Positions 50,793 through 62,875 are shown, numbered from the whole stretch's first letter. The stretch: 63,144 bases of DNA, filler included, from Rozella allomycis CSF55 (GCA_000442015.1; 12 parts of 12 records of this genome joined end to end with filler, not necessarily neighbours in it); one strand, 5' to 3'. The notes: a model not told the origin generated them from the sequence alone. Program-made: numbers and translations.

Positions 50793-50869
50793 TGTTAAAC
50801 TAAATGATAAACTGGACGTACCAGGGAAAAGAAAAAATGTATTTACGAAATTTATCTTCCGACTTATCA
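50793..50869 (-). repeat. 5' LTR, 77 bp
   Basis: Direct repeat of 48619-48696; adjacent to the PBS. Confidence 0.88.
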
Positions 50870-50959
50870 TGAAATTCAACAATGGATTCGAAAGATAGTA
50901 GAAGTTGAGGCATCGTGTATTTTGCATTTGTAGAAAATTATAGGTCAATAAGAAAAGGT

Positions 50960-51708
50960 CTAGACTCGTCTATTTTGATTTTAAGTCAACACATTGGGAG
51001 CGTGGAAGTAGGCCTAGTTGTTCCCAAAAACTTTGTTATATGGCTCGCGGAAGCGGCTTGCAGTGATGTTATATTTTCCTGGAATAATTTTTATATGGAT
51101 TTGTTTGTCTTGATGGAACTCTAGGATGTAATGATATTTCGTCTAAAAGTGTTTACTTCTCGGTGTTATCATACGGTTTTCTGCAATCTTGATGGTTGCC
51201 TCGTTGTCGCTCAGAATTGGCGTAGGGTTGTCTTGTTTGATCCTTTCATGGAGATACTGCAAGGATTAGATGTTAGCATGTAAAAATAGGATAAAAGTTG
51301 AGTTACTCCTAAATCCTACTTTCTGTAATAGGTGAATCATTCTCTTTGTTCTATGTGTTCTTAATTTAAGGTTTGGAATTGAATCTGCTTCCATTATCAG
51401 TGATTTCAAATTTTCTCTAAAGCATCTTTTTGATTTCATTCAGATTGTCAAAATTTCCAGGCCAAATAAAAGTGTCATCTGTTGAAGTAACATTAGCATA
51501 GATCAGTCCAGACTCCTTTTCAACCTATAAAGTTCACACATGATAATAAACCCTTGTCTTATCTTCTACTTTCTTTCTATCTCAATACGTTATCAGCAAA
51601 TGACAGAGAAGAAAACAGTAGACAGCAAACAATTCCCAGCAATCGAAGATACCAGCACCACATATCAAATGCACAAGGCCAATATCAAGACCCTGACAAG
51701 TAAGCAAG
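50960..51708 (-). mobile_element. Heavily decayed Copia RT-RNase H remnant
   Basis: Hand translation gives STDDTFI...EIKKML*RKFEITDNG (RT) and ILSDNEATIKIAEN...PRSKHF*TKYHYILE (Copia RNase H). Confidence 0.7.
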
Positions 51709-51931
51709 NNNNNNNNNNNNNNNNNNNNNNNNNNNNNNNNNNNNNNNNNNNNTTAATTAATTAANNNNNNNNNNNNNNNNNNNNNNNNNNNNNNNNNNNN
51801 NNNNNNNNGAATACGAAGAGTATTTAGCTCTGAGACAATTTTATGGAATTTTTATTTTAATTGTAAGATTTGAGTGTTCAATTGTCAATTTGAAGTTATA
51901 TTATTTTCAAACGGTAGCATCGTGGCTTGGT

Positions 51932-53355
51932 ATGTCTGAAGAAAAAATTGACGAACAAGAAAACTTTTCTGAAGAGGAGTATTCTGGAGAAGAGGAAGAA
52001 TTTCATACATTTGAGGAGGAGAAGACTGGAGATTCTAATTTAAGTGCCGCTGAGAAAAAGAGAAAGTATAAGGAATTAAAAGAATCTAGAAAAAAGCATA
52101 AGCCAAATTATGAAGAAATATCTAAGGCTAAAAAATTATGGGAAATTGCCAGGAATACCAAAGTAGATGAAAAAGAAAGAGATGAAGCTATGAGTGAACT
52201 TGTGTCCACTATTAAAGGAAAACTTGGTGATGTAAAAAGATATTTTTCCTGTAAATAAGATAAGTTTGAAAAGAGACGCTTCAAGAATTATACAAACATG
52301 TCTAAAGCAAGGGACGGCAGAACAGAGATTACTTATTGCATCAGAATTGAAAGGCAGTTACGTTAGTCTCTCTATGAATATGTATAGCAAGTTTATTGTC
52401 ACTAAAGTTTTAAATTATTGGTAAACTTTTGATGTTGTAATTGTAGCCCTTCTATGAGAAATGACATTGTAAATGAATTTCGTGGACAAATTGTAAAGTT
52501 GATAAAACATAAAGATGCCAGCAGCGTTATCGATGAAATTTTTCAAGTTTATGCTAATGCTTCACAGAAATTAACTTTGATTGAAGAATTTTTTGGATCT
52601 CAATTCATTATTTTGAAAAAGATTGATAAATCTTTAACTGTAGAGAAACTGTTTGAAAAAGAGCCTAACAAAAGAGATGTCATAATAAAACATATGGGAA
52701 CCACTTTGCAAAGCATCGTGAATAAAGGATCTCTCCAATTCGCCTTGGTTCATCGAGTTCTCCATGATTTTCTTCTCTATGCCACTCCTTCTGAAGCAAA
52801 GGACTTGATTGAAANCTTGATTGAAATGTTGAAAGAAATTGTGCTAGCTGAACTTGTCCACACTAAGGAGGGAATGTTTGTGGCCCTCTGCGTTTTAGCC
52901 CAAAGCGAGGCCAAACAGCGCAAGTCAATTGTCAAAGGCCTTAAACAACATTTGGAGAAAATTTTGCTCGATGAATTTGGCGCTATATTTGTAGTTGGTG
53001 TTTTTTATCTCATGGACGATACAGTCCTAGTCTCCAAAGCTATCCTTTTGGTATTTTCATCTTTAACATTTCATTTAGGATTATTTTCATAAATTGGATG
53101 ATTTTATTGTTAATGAAAATGCCAGAAAAATCATTTTGTATTTGTTATGTGGATCAAGTCCAAAATGTTTTTCTCCTTTTGTCATTCAAACCCTGGAAAA
53201 AGTTTCCAAATTTTCCAAATCCAAAAAGGATCTGAAGCAAAAAGAAAAAGAACTTTTAGACTTTTCTAAGCCCTACTTGGTCGATTATTTTAACAAAAAA
53301 GGTGAAAGTTTGTTGACTAAGGATTCAATTTCATCTTTTATTGCTCAGAATATTC
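51932..53355 (+). CDS. PUF6: Pumilio-repeat nucleolar protein PUF6/PUM3, 3'-truncated
   Basis: AKKLWE, KRDASRIIQTCLKQG, YSKFIVTKVLNY, KLIKHKDASSVI, LVHTKEG, KQRKSIVK, MDDTVLVSKAIL. Confidence 0.9.
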
Positions 53356-53455
53356 NNNNNNNNNNNNNNNNNNNNNNNNNNNNNNNNNNNNNNNNNNNNT
53401 TAATTAATTAANNNNNNNNNNNNNNNNNNNNNNNNNNNNNNNNNNNNNNNNNNNN

Positions 53456-54389
53456 AATTTTAAAATTACATTTCGACATTCCAAAAGAATTTTTTATATT
53501 TGAGAGGAGCCACGTCTCTGGTTTAGCGCCAAGAGTTCCAATAGAAGAAAATTGACAAATCAATTGATCTGTTCTCTTTACGTTCTCCAGGTACTTTGAA
53601 AGCAATTTAGAAAGTTTAAAGTGCCCATAGGAATTTAATAGATTGTTTTTATGCCTTCCTGGAATAGATGGTATCAGCCTTGACAAATTAATAATAAAAG
53701 GAGTGTTTTTACTTTTATCGAGCTAAAGTCATATTGCATAATCTTTTCTGCGTATGACTTGAAAGCAAAGGGGTAGCCTTGAAAATAATCTTCCAAGTCT
53801 AATTGAAAGGGTGATTTCTTTGATAAATCGCTTGGTTTCTTTAGACTCAATTGAGGAGTAATAAAAACCATCTGTGTTTTATTTCTTTGAAAATAAATTT
53901 ATGCTTATTACTTCCAATCACTTTCAATTAAGTTCGCCGTGTGGATGATTACAGTTAGTTTATCATTATGATCGAAAATGAACATGGTCTATTTTCTTAG
54001 TACAATTTTGATACTTTGGTATGATGACACCCATAATTAAACATTAGATGCGGTTCTATAAATTTTATATATGAATCATATTCCCCTGAGGAACCTTTCT
54101 GTCCATATACTATAACTCCTTCAACTGAATTCTCTAACTGATTGTATAACCAATCCACATCAACCATAAAATTGATTTGTATCATAAATTTGGGATTTAT
54201 CTGTTTGAAAATTAGTTTCAAGTTAATTGAAGATTCATTTCTCATTGGAGGACCATCCAGAACGTCGATCCATCCAACACGACAACCATCTGGTAAAATA
54301 GTACACCCGGGATGTTTTAGAGTCTTAGCTTTCTTTAAAACGTGATCTTCATCTCCACTGGATAGTATTTCTATAATTTCGTTTTCCAT
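53456..54389 (-). CDS. TDP1: Tyrosyl-DNA phosphodiesterase 1, 3'-truncated
   Basis: NFMVDVDW, YGCHHTK|TM, IHTANLIESDW-NKTQ, FQLDLEDY, DFSSIK|SRLIPSIPG, CQFSSIGTLG. Confidence 0.92.
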
Positions 54390-54465
54390 GAAAAGCCACT
54401 GCTGAATGAAGGCAAGAAAGTTCAATTAATAAGAAATTTCATTAACAATTGCTAATTAAAGAAAA

Positions 54466-55486
54466 TTAATTTATTATCTCATTAAATTTTGTGCATTTAA
54501 AATCATTCCAGATCTTTGAAAAACACATTACACTTTCTGGCTTCTTGAATGTCCAGTAATGGTCAAAAGCAATAAAAGTTCCAGCTAAATATTGCACAAA
54601 CATTATTACTGCAAAATAAATGATTAAACAAATCAAATGAGCAATCATGCTGGTAAAAATACAACTTCAAATCGTTCGATTGCATACTTTCATATAAAAA
54701 GAAAGAAATATTGATTCCCAGAACTGCAAAAGGGTACCAAAAAATTAGAAAGTGATAATTACATACCAGGTTGTGTCATACATTCCTTGAGACTTTTGCA
54801 ATATTTCATTAGACTCATCGGGATACTCGTTTCCAAAGAAAATAAGTTGTGATAGTCCAAGCAACCCCATTCCCCTGAAGTCTGTAGCGGGATCTTTTCC
54901 TTGAAATCCCAAACTTTTCCAGTGACTTCCAATTCTTTGATACTCTTCGCTAAAATGAATGTCCCAAAGTAATTTCAACATCTCTTCGTGCTCCGCATTT
55001 CCAGACTGAAATTTGGTGTTTGCCGTGTCGTTAATTTTTTTCATTAGGCTTTCAAACAAAGATAATTTGTGAGTGGCATCCAAAAGGGATTTTCTGGTAC
55101 CGATCTAACATCAAATAAGGAGCCAAATTACACTTAAACTCTTTGCTATCGAAAATTCTCGTATGATATTTTCATCCCAGTTAGAAACACATTTACTGTT
55201 TAGCGATATTTTCAATAATCAAGAAGCTACAATGTTACTTGAAATATTTTTGAACGCGGTAAATAGTTTTCTTTTAAAAAGAAATAGGTAAATTACCTAA
55301 CACGAGTATTTCATTTGGTGTTGCAACATTTTTCGAAGTGCTTAGATATCTGTCCACAAAATGTTGCCGAGAAATGAGATAGATCAAAAAGCGGACCTTT
55401 GATATGATTCCGTCCAAATACGTGTGAAATCTGAATAAGTAAAACACATAAATGAAATCCAATATTGCAAAAAAATTTTCGATCAT
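54466..55486 (-). CDS. ELMOD: ELMO/CED-12 domain protein (ELMOD)
   Basis: HEEMLKLLW...WKSLGFQGKDPATDFRGMGLLGL...W|YPFAVLGINIS...FDHYW---PESVMCF; 5 introns, two apparently GT-TG. Confidence 0.9.
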
Positions 55487-55511
55487 GAAAAAGAAATTTC
55501 TCAAGTGAGAT

Positions 55512-56248
55512 TTATTCGCCATACATAAGTTCTTTGTATCCTGGAGGAATAACTTCTTGGCCTTGTTCTATGCCGTATTTTTTATTCAGTTCAAAAAGCC
55601 GTTCGTACAAAAAGTATTGTGACTAACAATTAAACTTGATTTTTGAATTACCTCAAATTGAACAAAAATTTCTCGGTGATTAGACCAAGCATGCCCGAAA
55701 ATGCGAAGTATTCTTCTTGAGATGTTCTCTAAATGAGGTTTCACATTAGGGTCTAATCCTGACCTAGATGTAAAGAAATTTAAATCGGTTACCTTTTTGG
55801 GAATATTTTACTTGAAATAAGAGTTGAGACTGCTTGATCAACTGTGTGTACAACATAATCAAGCGCGCTGCACTAATAAAAACTTTATCAACGCTATACT
55901 TCTTTAGGGATGGGATGTGAAGCGCATAGATATAGCCAATCATTTATCTTCATTACTGGGCAAGTTTGACTAGAACATTCTTCCTGTAGCATCACTAGTA
56001 AATTAGTAAGTTCAATGCATATCTGCCTTAGTTGTTCATAAATCCAGTCCATAGCATTATATTTTTCAGGCAATTCAATGATATCACTTATATTTGAAGG
56101 ATCTGACTGTATTCTAAGCTTGATATATTGATGTGGCTGTAGGTTAGTCGTTCCACTTTTATCATCGCACTTGTATAAATCCTTTTATTCTAGTATTTTA
56201 AGGCTATACTTCTAAAGTAGTCCCTATTTTAGACTTGCGTTGGTCCAT
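55512..56248 (-). CDS. MOB4: MOB4/phocein (fungal Mob3), STRIPAK subunit; 4 introns
   Basis: Hand splicing gives WIYEQLRQICIEL...ECSSQTCPVM...WLYLCASHPIPKE|CSALDYVVHTVD...FPKR...RRILRIFGHAWSNHREIF. Confidence 0.9.
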
Positions 56249-56343
56249 AATTGGAATTTTGTGGATTTTTCAATTCCCAAAAGAATATTTTATGACATCT
56301 GAAAAGGCTAAACTTAATTTTGAAATATCTCAATTACATAGTG

Positions 56344-57279
56344 ATGACAAAACAAAGTTTTTGCTTTGATGATATTCCAGATTTATCAGGAAAGGTAGCG
56401 ATTGTTACCGGTGGAAACACTGGAATAGGGTTTGTGACCGTACGGGAATTAGCCAGAAAGAATTGTCACGTTTTTCTTGGAAGTAGAAGCAAAGAAAAGG
56501 CTGATATTGCAATTCAAAAAATAAAGGAGGTGATTCCAAACGCGAATGTCGAGTTTCTTGGGATGGATCTACTTAGCTTGGAATCAGTCGATGCAGCAGT
56601 GCATGACTTTAAAGCAAAAGGTTTACCTCTCCACATATTGATTAATAATGCCGGCATTATGGCATGTCCATTTTCACTTTCAAAGGATGGTATTGAATCT
56701 CAATTCGCTACAAATCATGTTGCACATTTTAGGCTTACGACGGGTTTACTACCCATCTTGGAAGCTAGCAGACCTTCCAGAATAGTTAACGTCAGTTCTA
56801 TGGCGCATAAGTGGGCAGACTCATTTGATCTTAATGAATTAAATAATGAAAAGAAATATTCAAAATGGACAGCTTACGGTGTTTCGAAATTGTCAAACAT
56901 ATATTTTACTAGAGAACTATCACGACGGTTGGAGGAAAAAGGTGTAAATGATTTGTATGTCAATTGTGTGCATCCAGGGGTGGTTAATACAGAACTTACA
57001 AGACATAATTCTTTCTTCGGGTTGACCAAATTCTTTGCATCTTTATTCTTTATATCGCCTGATCAAGGCGCGATGACTCAACTTTATGTTGCCACAAATC
57101 AGGATATTGAAAGGAACAATTACAAGGGCCAGTATTTTGTAAAGAACTTGAATTTAAATAATTAGATACCAATAGCTAAACATTCTCAGACAACTAAACA
57201 AGGCGATGATAAGGAAAAGGCCAAACACTTATGGAACTTTACTGAAAACCTAATTGCTGACAAATATAAGCCAAAATAA
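56344..57279 (+). CDS. Short-chain dehydrogenase/reductase (RDH12/WWOX-like)
   Basis: VTGGNTGIG, LINNAG, FATNHVAHF, VNVSS, YGVSK, VHPGVV; 1 intron. Confidence 0.93.
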
Positions 57280-57303
57280 AAAAATTCCAAAATGTAAATC
57301 TCT

Positions 57304-58095
57304 TTATTTATTCTTTTTAAGCCATTCGTCTATTGCTATATATTTTATAAAGAATACGACAAATGCGACCATGGACATGTACGCCGTTATCTGCAACATT
57401 AAATCTGATCTTTGAATTGCCATTTCTGGGGAAATGATATCGTCTTTGTGGCTATTCTGGATAATGTAACCAAAAATTCCTGCGAAACATGCCGATAGTC
57501 CGGAGAAGACACCAGTGAAAAGGGATTGGGCAGTAGTTTTCAATTCTGGGGGTGCTAACTTTAGGGCTAATTGGACACCAGCAGCCTATTTTAAACCAAG
57601 ATCAAAATTACATGCATGAATCCAAAATTTAGGCCTTTAAATAATTCATAAGCGATTGGAGCAAATTGCACTAGTTCAAAATTCCTTGGAAGGAAAGCGT
57701 AGCAGCTAATTCTTAAGACCATTGCAACTTGGGCAAACAAAAGCATGTAACGAACTCCAAACTTTTGAAGCAACGGTTTGGCGTAGAAAAATACAACGAT
57801 TTCAAAAAACACACCGCTCACAGTTGAAAATCCAGTTGCCCATCTACTTTTAGATGATCGAATATTATTACTGAGGTGCCTTGAAACTTGTTCTTTGAAT
57901 TGGCTCTAAGAAGTGAGTCATAATGGCCCTTGCTAGACCATTCATGAAAACAACCAGTAGTAAGAACATATAGTTTCCATTCGTCAATAGTCGTAAAGTG
58001 GGTGACTTCTTTGAAGCATTGGATGAATTTTCTGAGCTTGAATCGTCCTTATCATTAATCTTTGCGGATTTTAAAGTGTCCATTGTAACATTCTC
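57304..58095 (-). CDS. MFS transporter (MFSD6-like), C-terminal half
   Basis: Six hydrophobic segments; FFEIVVFFY, RISCY, ELFKGLNFG, APPELKTTAQSL; 2 introns; 5'-truncated. Confidence 0.8.
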
Positions 58096-58195
58096 NNNNN
58101 NNNNNNNNNNNNNNNNNNNNNNNNNNNNNNNNNNNNNNNTTAATTAATTAANNNNNNNNNNNNNNNNNNNNNNNNNNNNNNNNNNNNNNNNNNNN

Positions 58196-59759
58196 AGGGT
58201 CAAAGCAGAGACGGAGCATCATGAAACAGGCCCTATGCATCGAAATACCGTTAGTAGTAATATCAAAACCTAAAAAATCAAGTTCTGTGACATGGAAATA
58301 ACACTTTTCTAATTTTGCAAAAAGATGATGTTCTCTCAATTTTTGCAGAACTATTTTAACATGTTGAGCATGTTCTTCTGAATTTTTGGAAAAAATTAAA
58401 ATATCATCCAAATAGATAACAACAAACTGATCTAATAAATCATGAAAATTATTATTCATCATATTTTAAAAAATTGATGGTCCGTTACATAATCCAAACG
58501 GCATTACTTGGTATTCAAATTGACCGTACTTTGTACGAAATGCTGTTTTCCATTGATCTGATTTCTTTACTCTTATTNATTGATCTGATTTCTTTACTCT
58601 TATTAAATTATAGGCACCTCTTAAATCCAATTTTGTGAATACTTTGAACCTTTTAAATTATCTATTAAATTTTGAATAAGTGGTATTGGATATCAATTTT
58701 TGCGGTAATATTATTCAATTTCCTATATTCTACAACAAGTCTCAGAGATCCGTCTTTCTTTTTTACAAACATAATTGGTGAAGCTGAAGGAGATTTACTC
58801 GGAACAATAAATTTCTTTTTAAATTCTCATCTAAATAAATCTTTAAAGCTTTTGACTCATCTTGTGATAAATTGTATATTGGACCAAACGGTGGTTTAGT
58901 GTCTTTTAATAAATCAATTGTAATATCAAATTCTGAATGCTCTGGTAGTTGAGATGCTCTTAATACACTAAATGCATCAAGATATTCATGATCAATTTCT
59001 TGGAGCTTTGAACGAAAATCAATATCCGTTTTTAAGATAGAATGTATAGAATGAATGAATTTCTTTGTTTTATGCATTTGATTAGAATCGTTAGACTTAT
59101 CATTTTTACAATGAGTTTCCAGATTGATATTCATGGTTCGATGTTTCCAGTCAATATTTGGATTGTTTTAAACTAATAGTATTGAAGTGTGGACTTTTAA
59201 TTAATCTAAAAGAGTGATGATATGCTTGCTCATTCATAATAAATTTTAAATGCTCGCATTGTCGATCAATATTCAACGGTTGTCCATCGATGGTTTCAAC
59301 TGCCTCACTATGCGACATAACGGAAGATGGAATATTGTAGTATTGAACGACATCTTTGTCAATAAACGAAGTTGAGGCGCCTGAATCAATAAGAACATGA
59401 GTACAAATATCATTCATAATACAAATAGGAAAAACAAGATGGTACGAAGATAAATTGTTCTCTAGAGTACCGTTAGAATTAGCAGTACAATGCTTAGCTA
59501 AATGTCCTTTTGCTCTGCAACGGAAACACCGTCCTTCTCTCTTACATTTTTCACGTCCTTCCACTGATAGTTTAGAGAATCTGTTGAGTGTTCCGTCAAT
59601 TGTCATTGGTTCTGATGTTGAGGTTTCAATTGTTTCAAGATTATTCTGATACTCTTCACTCATTTTCGATGTTTTTTGAAAAGAATACATTTTGTTTCTG
59701 AATTTTCTTTCCTCAATCAAATGTCGCGGACGATCTTGGATTAATATCGGTACAATTTG
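58196..59759 (-). mobile_element. Ty3/Gypsy (Tf2-like) gag-PR-RT remnant
   Basis: [60 protein letters not shown]. Confidence 0.92.
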
Positions 59760-59859
59760 NNNNNNNNNNNNNNNNNNNNNNNNNNNNNNNNNNNNNNNNN
59801 NNNTTAATTAATTAANNNNNNNNNNNNNNNNNNNNNNNNNNNNNNNNNNNNNNNNNNNN

Positions 59860-60995
59860 CCTCAAGCAAAAGACATTGGAGAAGTATTGCATACAGATTG
59901 GTGTGGGCCAATGCAAGTGGAAACGAAAAGTGGAAAGAGGTATGTGCATGGTGTCATTTATAATTTTTTTAAGAATGTGTTTGATAAGATTGTTGAAGGG
60001 AAAAGCTGAAGCTAAAGTTACATTAAGAGAAATCATTACATTTATTGAAGCTTAGTCAGGACGGAAGGTCAAACTGTTAGAAGCGATAGAGGGGGAAGTG
60101 TGTTGATGGGGAATTCAAGAAATATTTTAGAGAAAAGGGGATCATACATCATTTGACAGACAAATACACACCGGAAATGAATGGAACGCTGAACTGAAAC
60201 ATGGTTTATTGATGGATGCGGCACGTTGTTTGTTGAGGCGAGCAGGATTACCAGACACGTGCTGGGGAGAGATGGTGAATATTATGTGCAAAATCGGTCA
60301 CCAACCAGCAAACTAGGAAACATAACACCCGTGGAAGCATTTACAGGCACGAAACCCTCGGTGGCACATTTAGGAACAATAGGGACAACATGTTTCGTCT
60401 ATATTCCGATTCTCCGAAAATGAAAAGACAAAAATTAGACGAGCACACAGAGGTGCACATTTTAGTTGGTTATGACTTATCCGAAAGAAATTTTAGATTA
60501 CGAGTTGGAAAGACAAGTAGAGTAATTGTATCGATCCATGTTCAATTTACTAATAATCATCAAGAACTAAACAATATGAAGCACACNAGTTATGACGTAT
60601 CCGAAAGAAATTATAGATTACGAGCTGGAAAGACAAGTAGAGTAATTGTATCGACTCATGTTCAATTTACTAATAATCATCAAGAACTAAACAATATGAA
60701 GCACACAAGTTTAGAAGAAGATTTATTGAACAATGAAATTGATGCCGAAATTATTATGAATCAAAAAACATCAACAAATAAATTGTATAATTGTAAAGAA
60801 GAATTGAACAAATTATTGGTTAATTCAAATATTCATAGACATAATAAGAATACTGAGGAGAATACGAATGTTGAAAACGAAACCATTCAACCCAGGTAAC
60901 GAAATTTACGAAATTTAGAGCGGAAAGACTATGCCGAATTATTTAACTTCAAAGACGTGGCATTACTAAGTACAGGTAGAACTAACGAAATTCCA
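59860..60995 (+). mobile_element. Copia integrase remnant
   Basis: VLHTDWCGPM, SDRGG, YTPEMNG, QNRSPT, KLDEH...LVGY; stops and frameshifts. Confidence 0.82.
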
Positions 60996-61095
60996 NNNNN
61001 NNNNNNNNNNNNNNNNNNNNNNNNNNNNNNNNNNNNNNNTTAATTAATTAANNNNNNNNNNNNNNNNNNNNNNNNNNNNNNNNNNNNNNNNNNNN

Positions 61096-62685
61096 CACGG
61101 TGTGGTGACATGTGTGACGTCGCACCCGAATCCACGATCCATTCAACATATTCATTCTCACTGTCACTAATCATCATGGTTCGTTCTTCCTCATCTTCTC
61201 GCATAATCATCGCGATCTCACTCGTCGCTTGATGAATCTTTATCCGCCATATTGGCTTGCTCCTTTGTTTTTGCTTCTCGCCTCGCCTTCCCATTTTCTT
61301 TGGCAGTCAACTTTTTCCAAAGTGGGCAATCAAACTTACGATGTCCTGTTTCATCGCATACGTAGCATCTTCCAGTGTACCACCTCGGTTCTTCGTCCTT
61401 TTGGCTTTCCCGCCTAAAATTCATTGTCTTCACTTGCTTCGTAATCATTGCTACATCTTCTTCCTCCTTGGTTTCTAGTTGATTCATTGTTGTTTGACCT
61501 GCTTTCCATGCCTTTCTCAACTCAGTCGTTCTTGCTTGTGCTTCTTCCCGTTGTGCAATTTGAGATAGGAGGTTCGTTACACAATGAAAGTTGTCTCCAT
61601 CGTCTTCGTTTTCAAACTTCCATTCCAGGTAAAGTTTCTCTTGGTTCTGAGGTAGTAACGTTTGATTCAGCATATTCACAAGTTCATAATCCATCGCCTT
61701 ACCTCCCACATTCTTGCATTCATTGTATACTTCGTCGTATCTTCTTAGGTAATCCGTCAATGGTTTATTCTCTTCTTGATAGAGGTTGTTGATCTTTATT
61801 CGCAGCGAGTTTTGTAGTTGTAGGTCTCGTCTCCCATATTGGTTCTTAAAGAAGGTAACAATCTCACTTGGGTGTCTTATAGTTGGCAAGCNCGTTCTTG
61901 CTTGTGCTTCTTCCCGTTGTGCAATTTGAGATAGGAGGTTCGTTACACAATGAAAGTTGTCTCCATCGTCTTCGTTTTCAAACTTCCATTCCAGGTAAAG
62001 TTTCTCTTGGTTCTGAGGTAGTAACGTTTGATTCAGCATATTCACAAGTTCATAATCCATCGCCTTACCTCCCACATTCTTGCATTCATTGTATACTTCG
62101 TCGTATCTTCTTAGGTAATCCGTCAATGGTTTATTCTCTTCTTGATAGAGGTTGTTGATCTTTATTCGCAGCGAGTTTTGTAGTTGTAGGTCTCGTCTCC
62201 CATATTGGTTCTTAAAGAAGGTAACAATCTCACTTGGGTGTCTTATAGTTGGCAAGCTATCCTTCTCAAAGTGTGTAAGTGTCAATTGTAGCATTGACGC
62301 TATTTGCCTAGCCATCCTCTCACTCCAGTCTCCTTGCTTCATCGCGGTCTCTCTCCCTGAAACCAACCAATCTTCCATTCCTGCTGCCTCAAACGCAGTC
62401 CTCACGTCTTGGTTCCACCTGAACCAACTTCCCTGACCTTCTAACTTCACGAAGGTCTTTTTCCCCAACAGTCTCTCCAGCATAGCTATATTTTCACTTC
62501 CTGGGCTCATAACTCTAAAGTAATTTAAACGAAAACTAATAAATAAACACTTTTAGAGCAGTGAAAAACTTTTTTATTTTATTCAAGGGTCGCATTTATA
62601 CCCCGACCCTGGCTTCTCACTTCTTTCCCGAAATTTCCTTCACACCCTTATTTTTAGGCTTTGCGGCTGTGTTATACCCATAACA
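61096..62685 (-). mobile_element. Copia element 5' part: LTR, PBS, gag, protease
   Basis: Candidate LTR 62514-62685 starting TGTTATGGG; PBS GTTATGAGCCC overlapping the gag ATG at 62510; CYVCDETGHRKFDC; WIVDSGATSHM; duplicated segment across n 61892. Confidence 0.9.
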
Positions 62686-62875
62686 TCGATATTTTTGCTA
62701 GATCTCTTGACTACCTCACTAAATAATAGGCCGGAAGTGAGAGCAGCCGGATTGCTAACTCTTCCACTTCCAACACAGTTCTCCTCAGAACTCCCTCCAT
62801 CCGAGGCTGATTCCCAAAGAATTAAGATCAGAGTGTTTATGAAAAGCGGAAATGCAATTTATAAATAAATCTATT

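Larger units (their letters stand above)
48619..50869 (-). mobile_element. Ty1/Copia element, degenerate, gag-(PR)-IN only
   Basis: LTRs at 48619-48696 and 50793-50869 (TG...CA); PBS GTTATGGGCCC at about 50781-50791; purine tract next to the 3' LTR; CYNCKKAGH knuckle; WHERFGH...CKIC, HMDICGP, FIDDYSR, PQQNGVAERKNRT. Confidence 0.92.

Noticed and set aside
54585..54612. Possible GC-AG intron at the ELMOD 3' end
   Set aside because: A 25-nt GT-AG intron works too, differing by one residue; GC-AG is a known variant anyway.
61520..62250. Gag with a perfect internal repeat of about 120 residues
   Set aside because: The copies look identical and meet at n 61892, so this is a scaffolding overlap.
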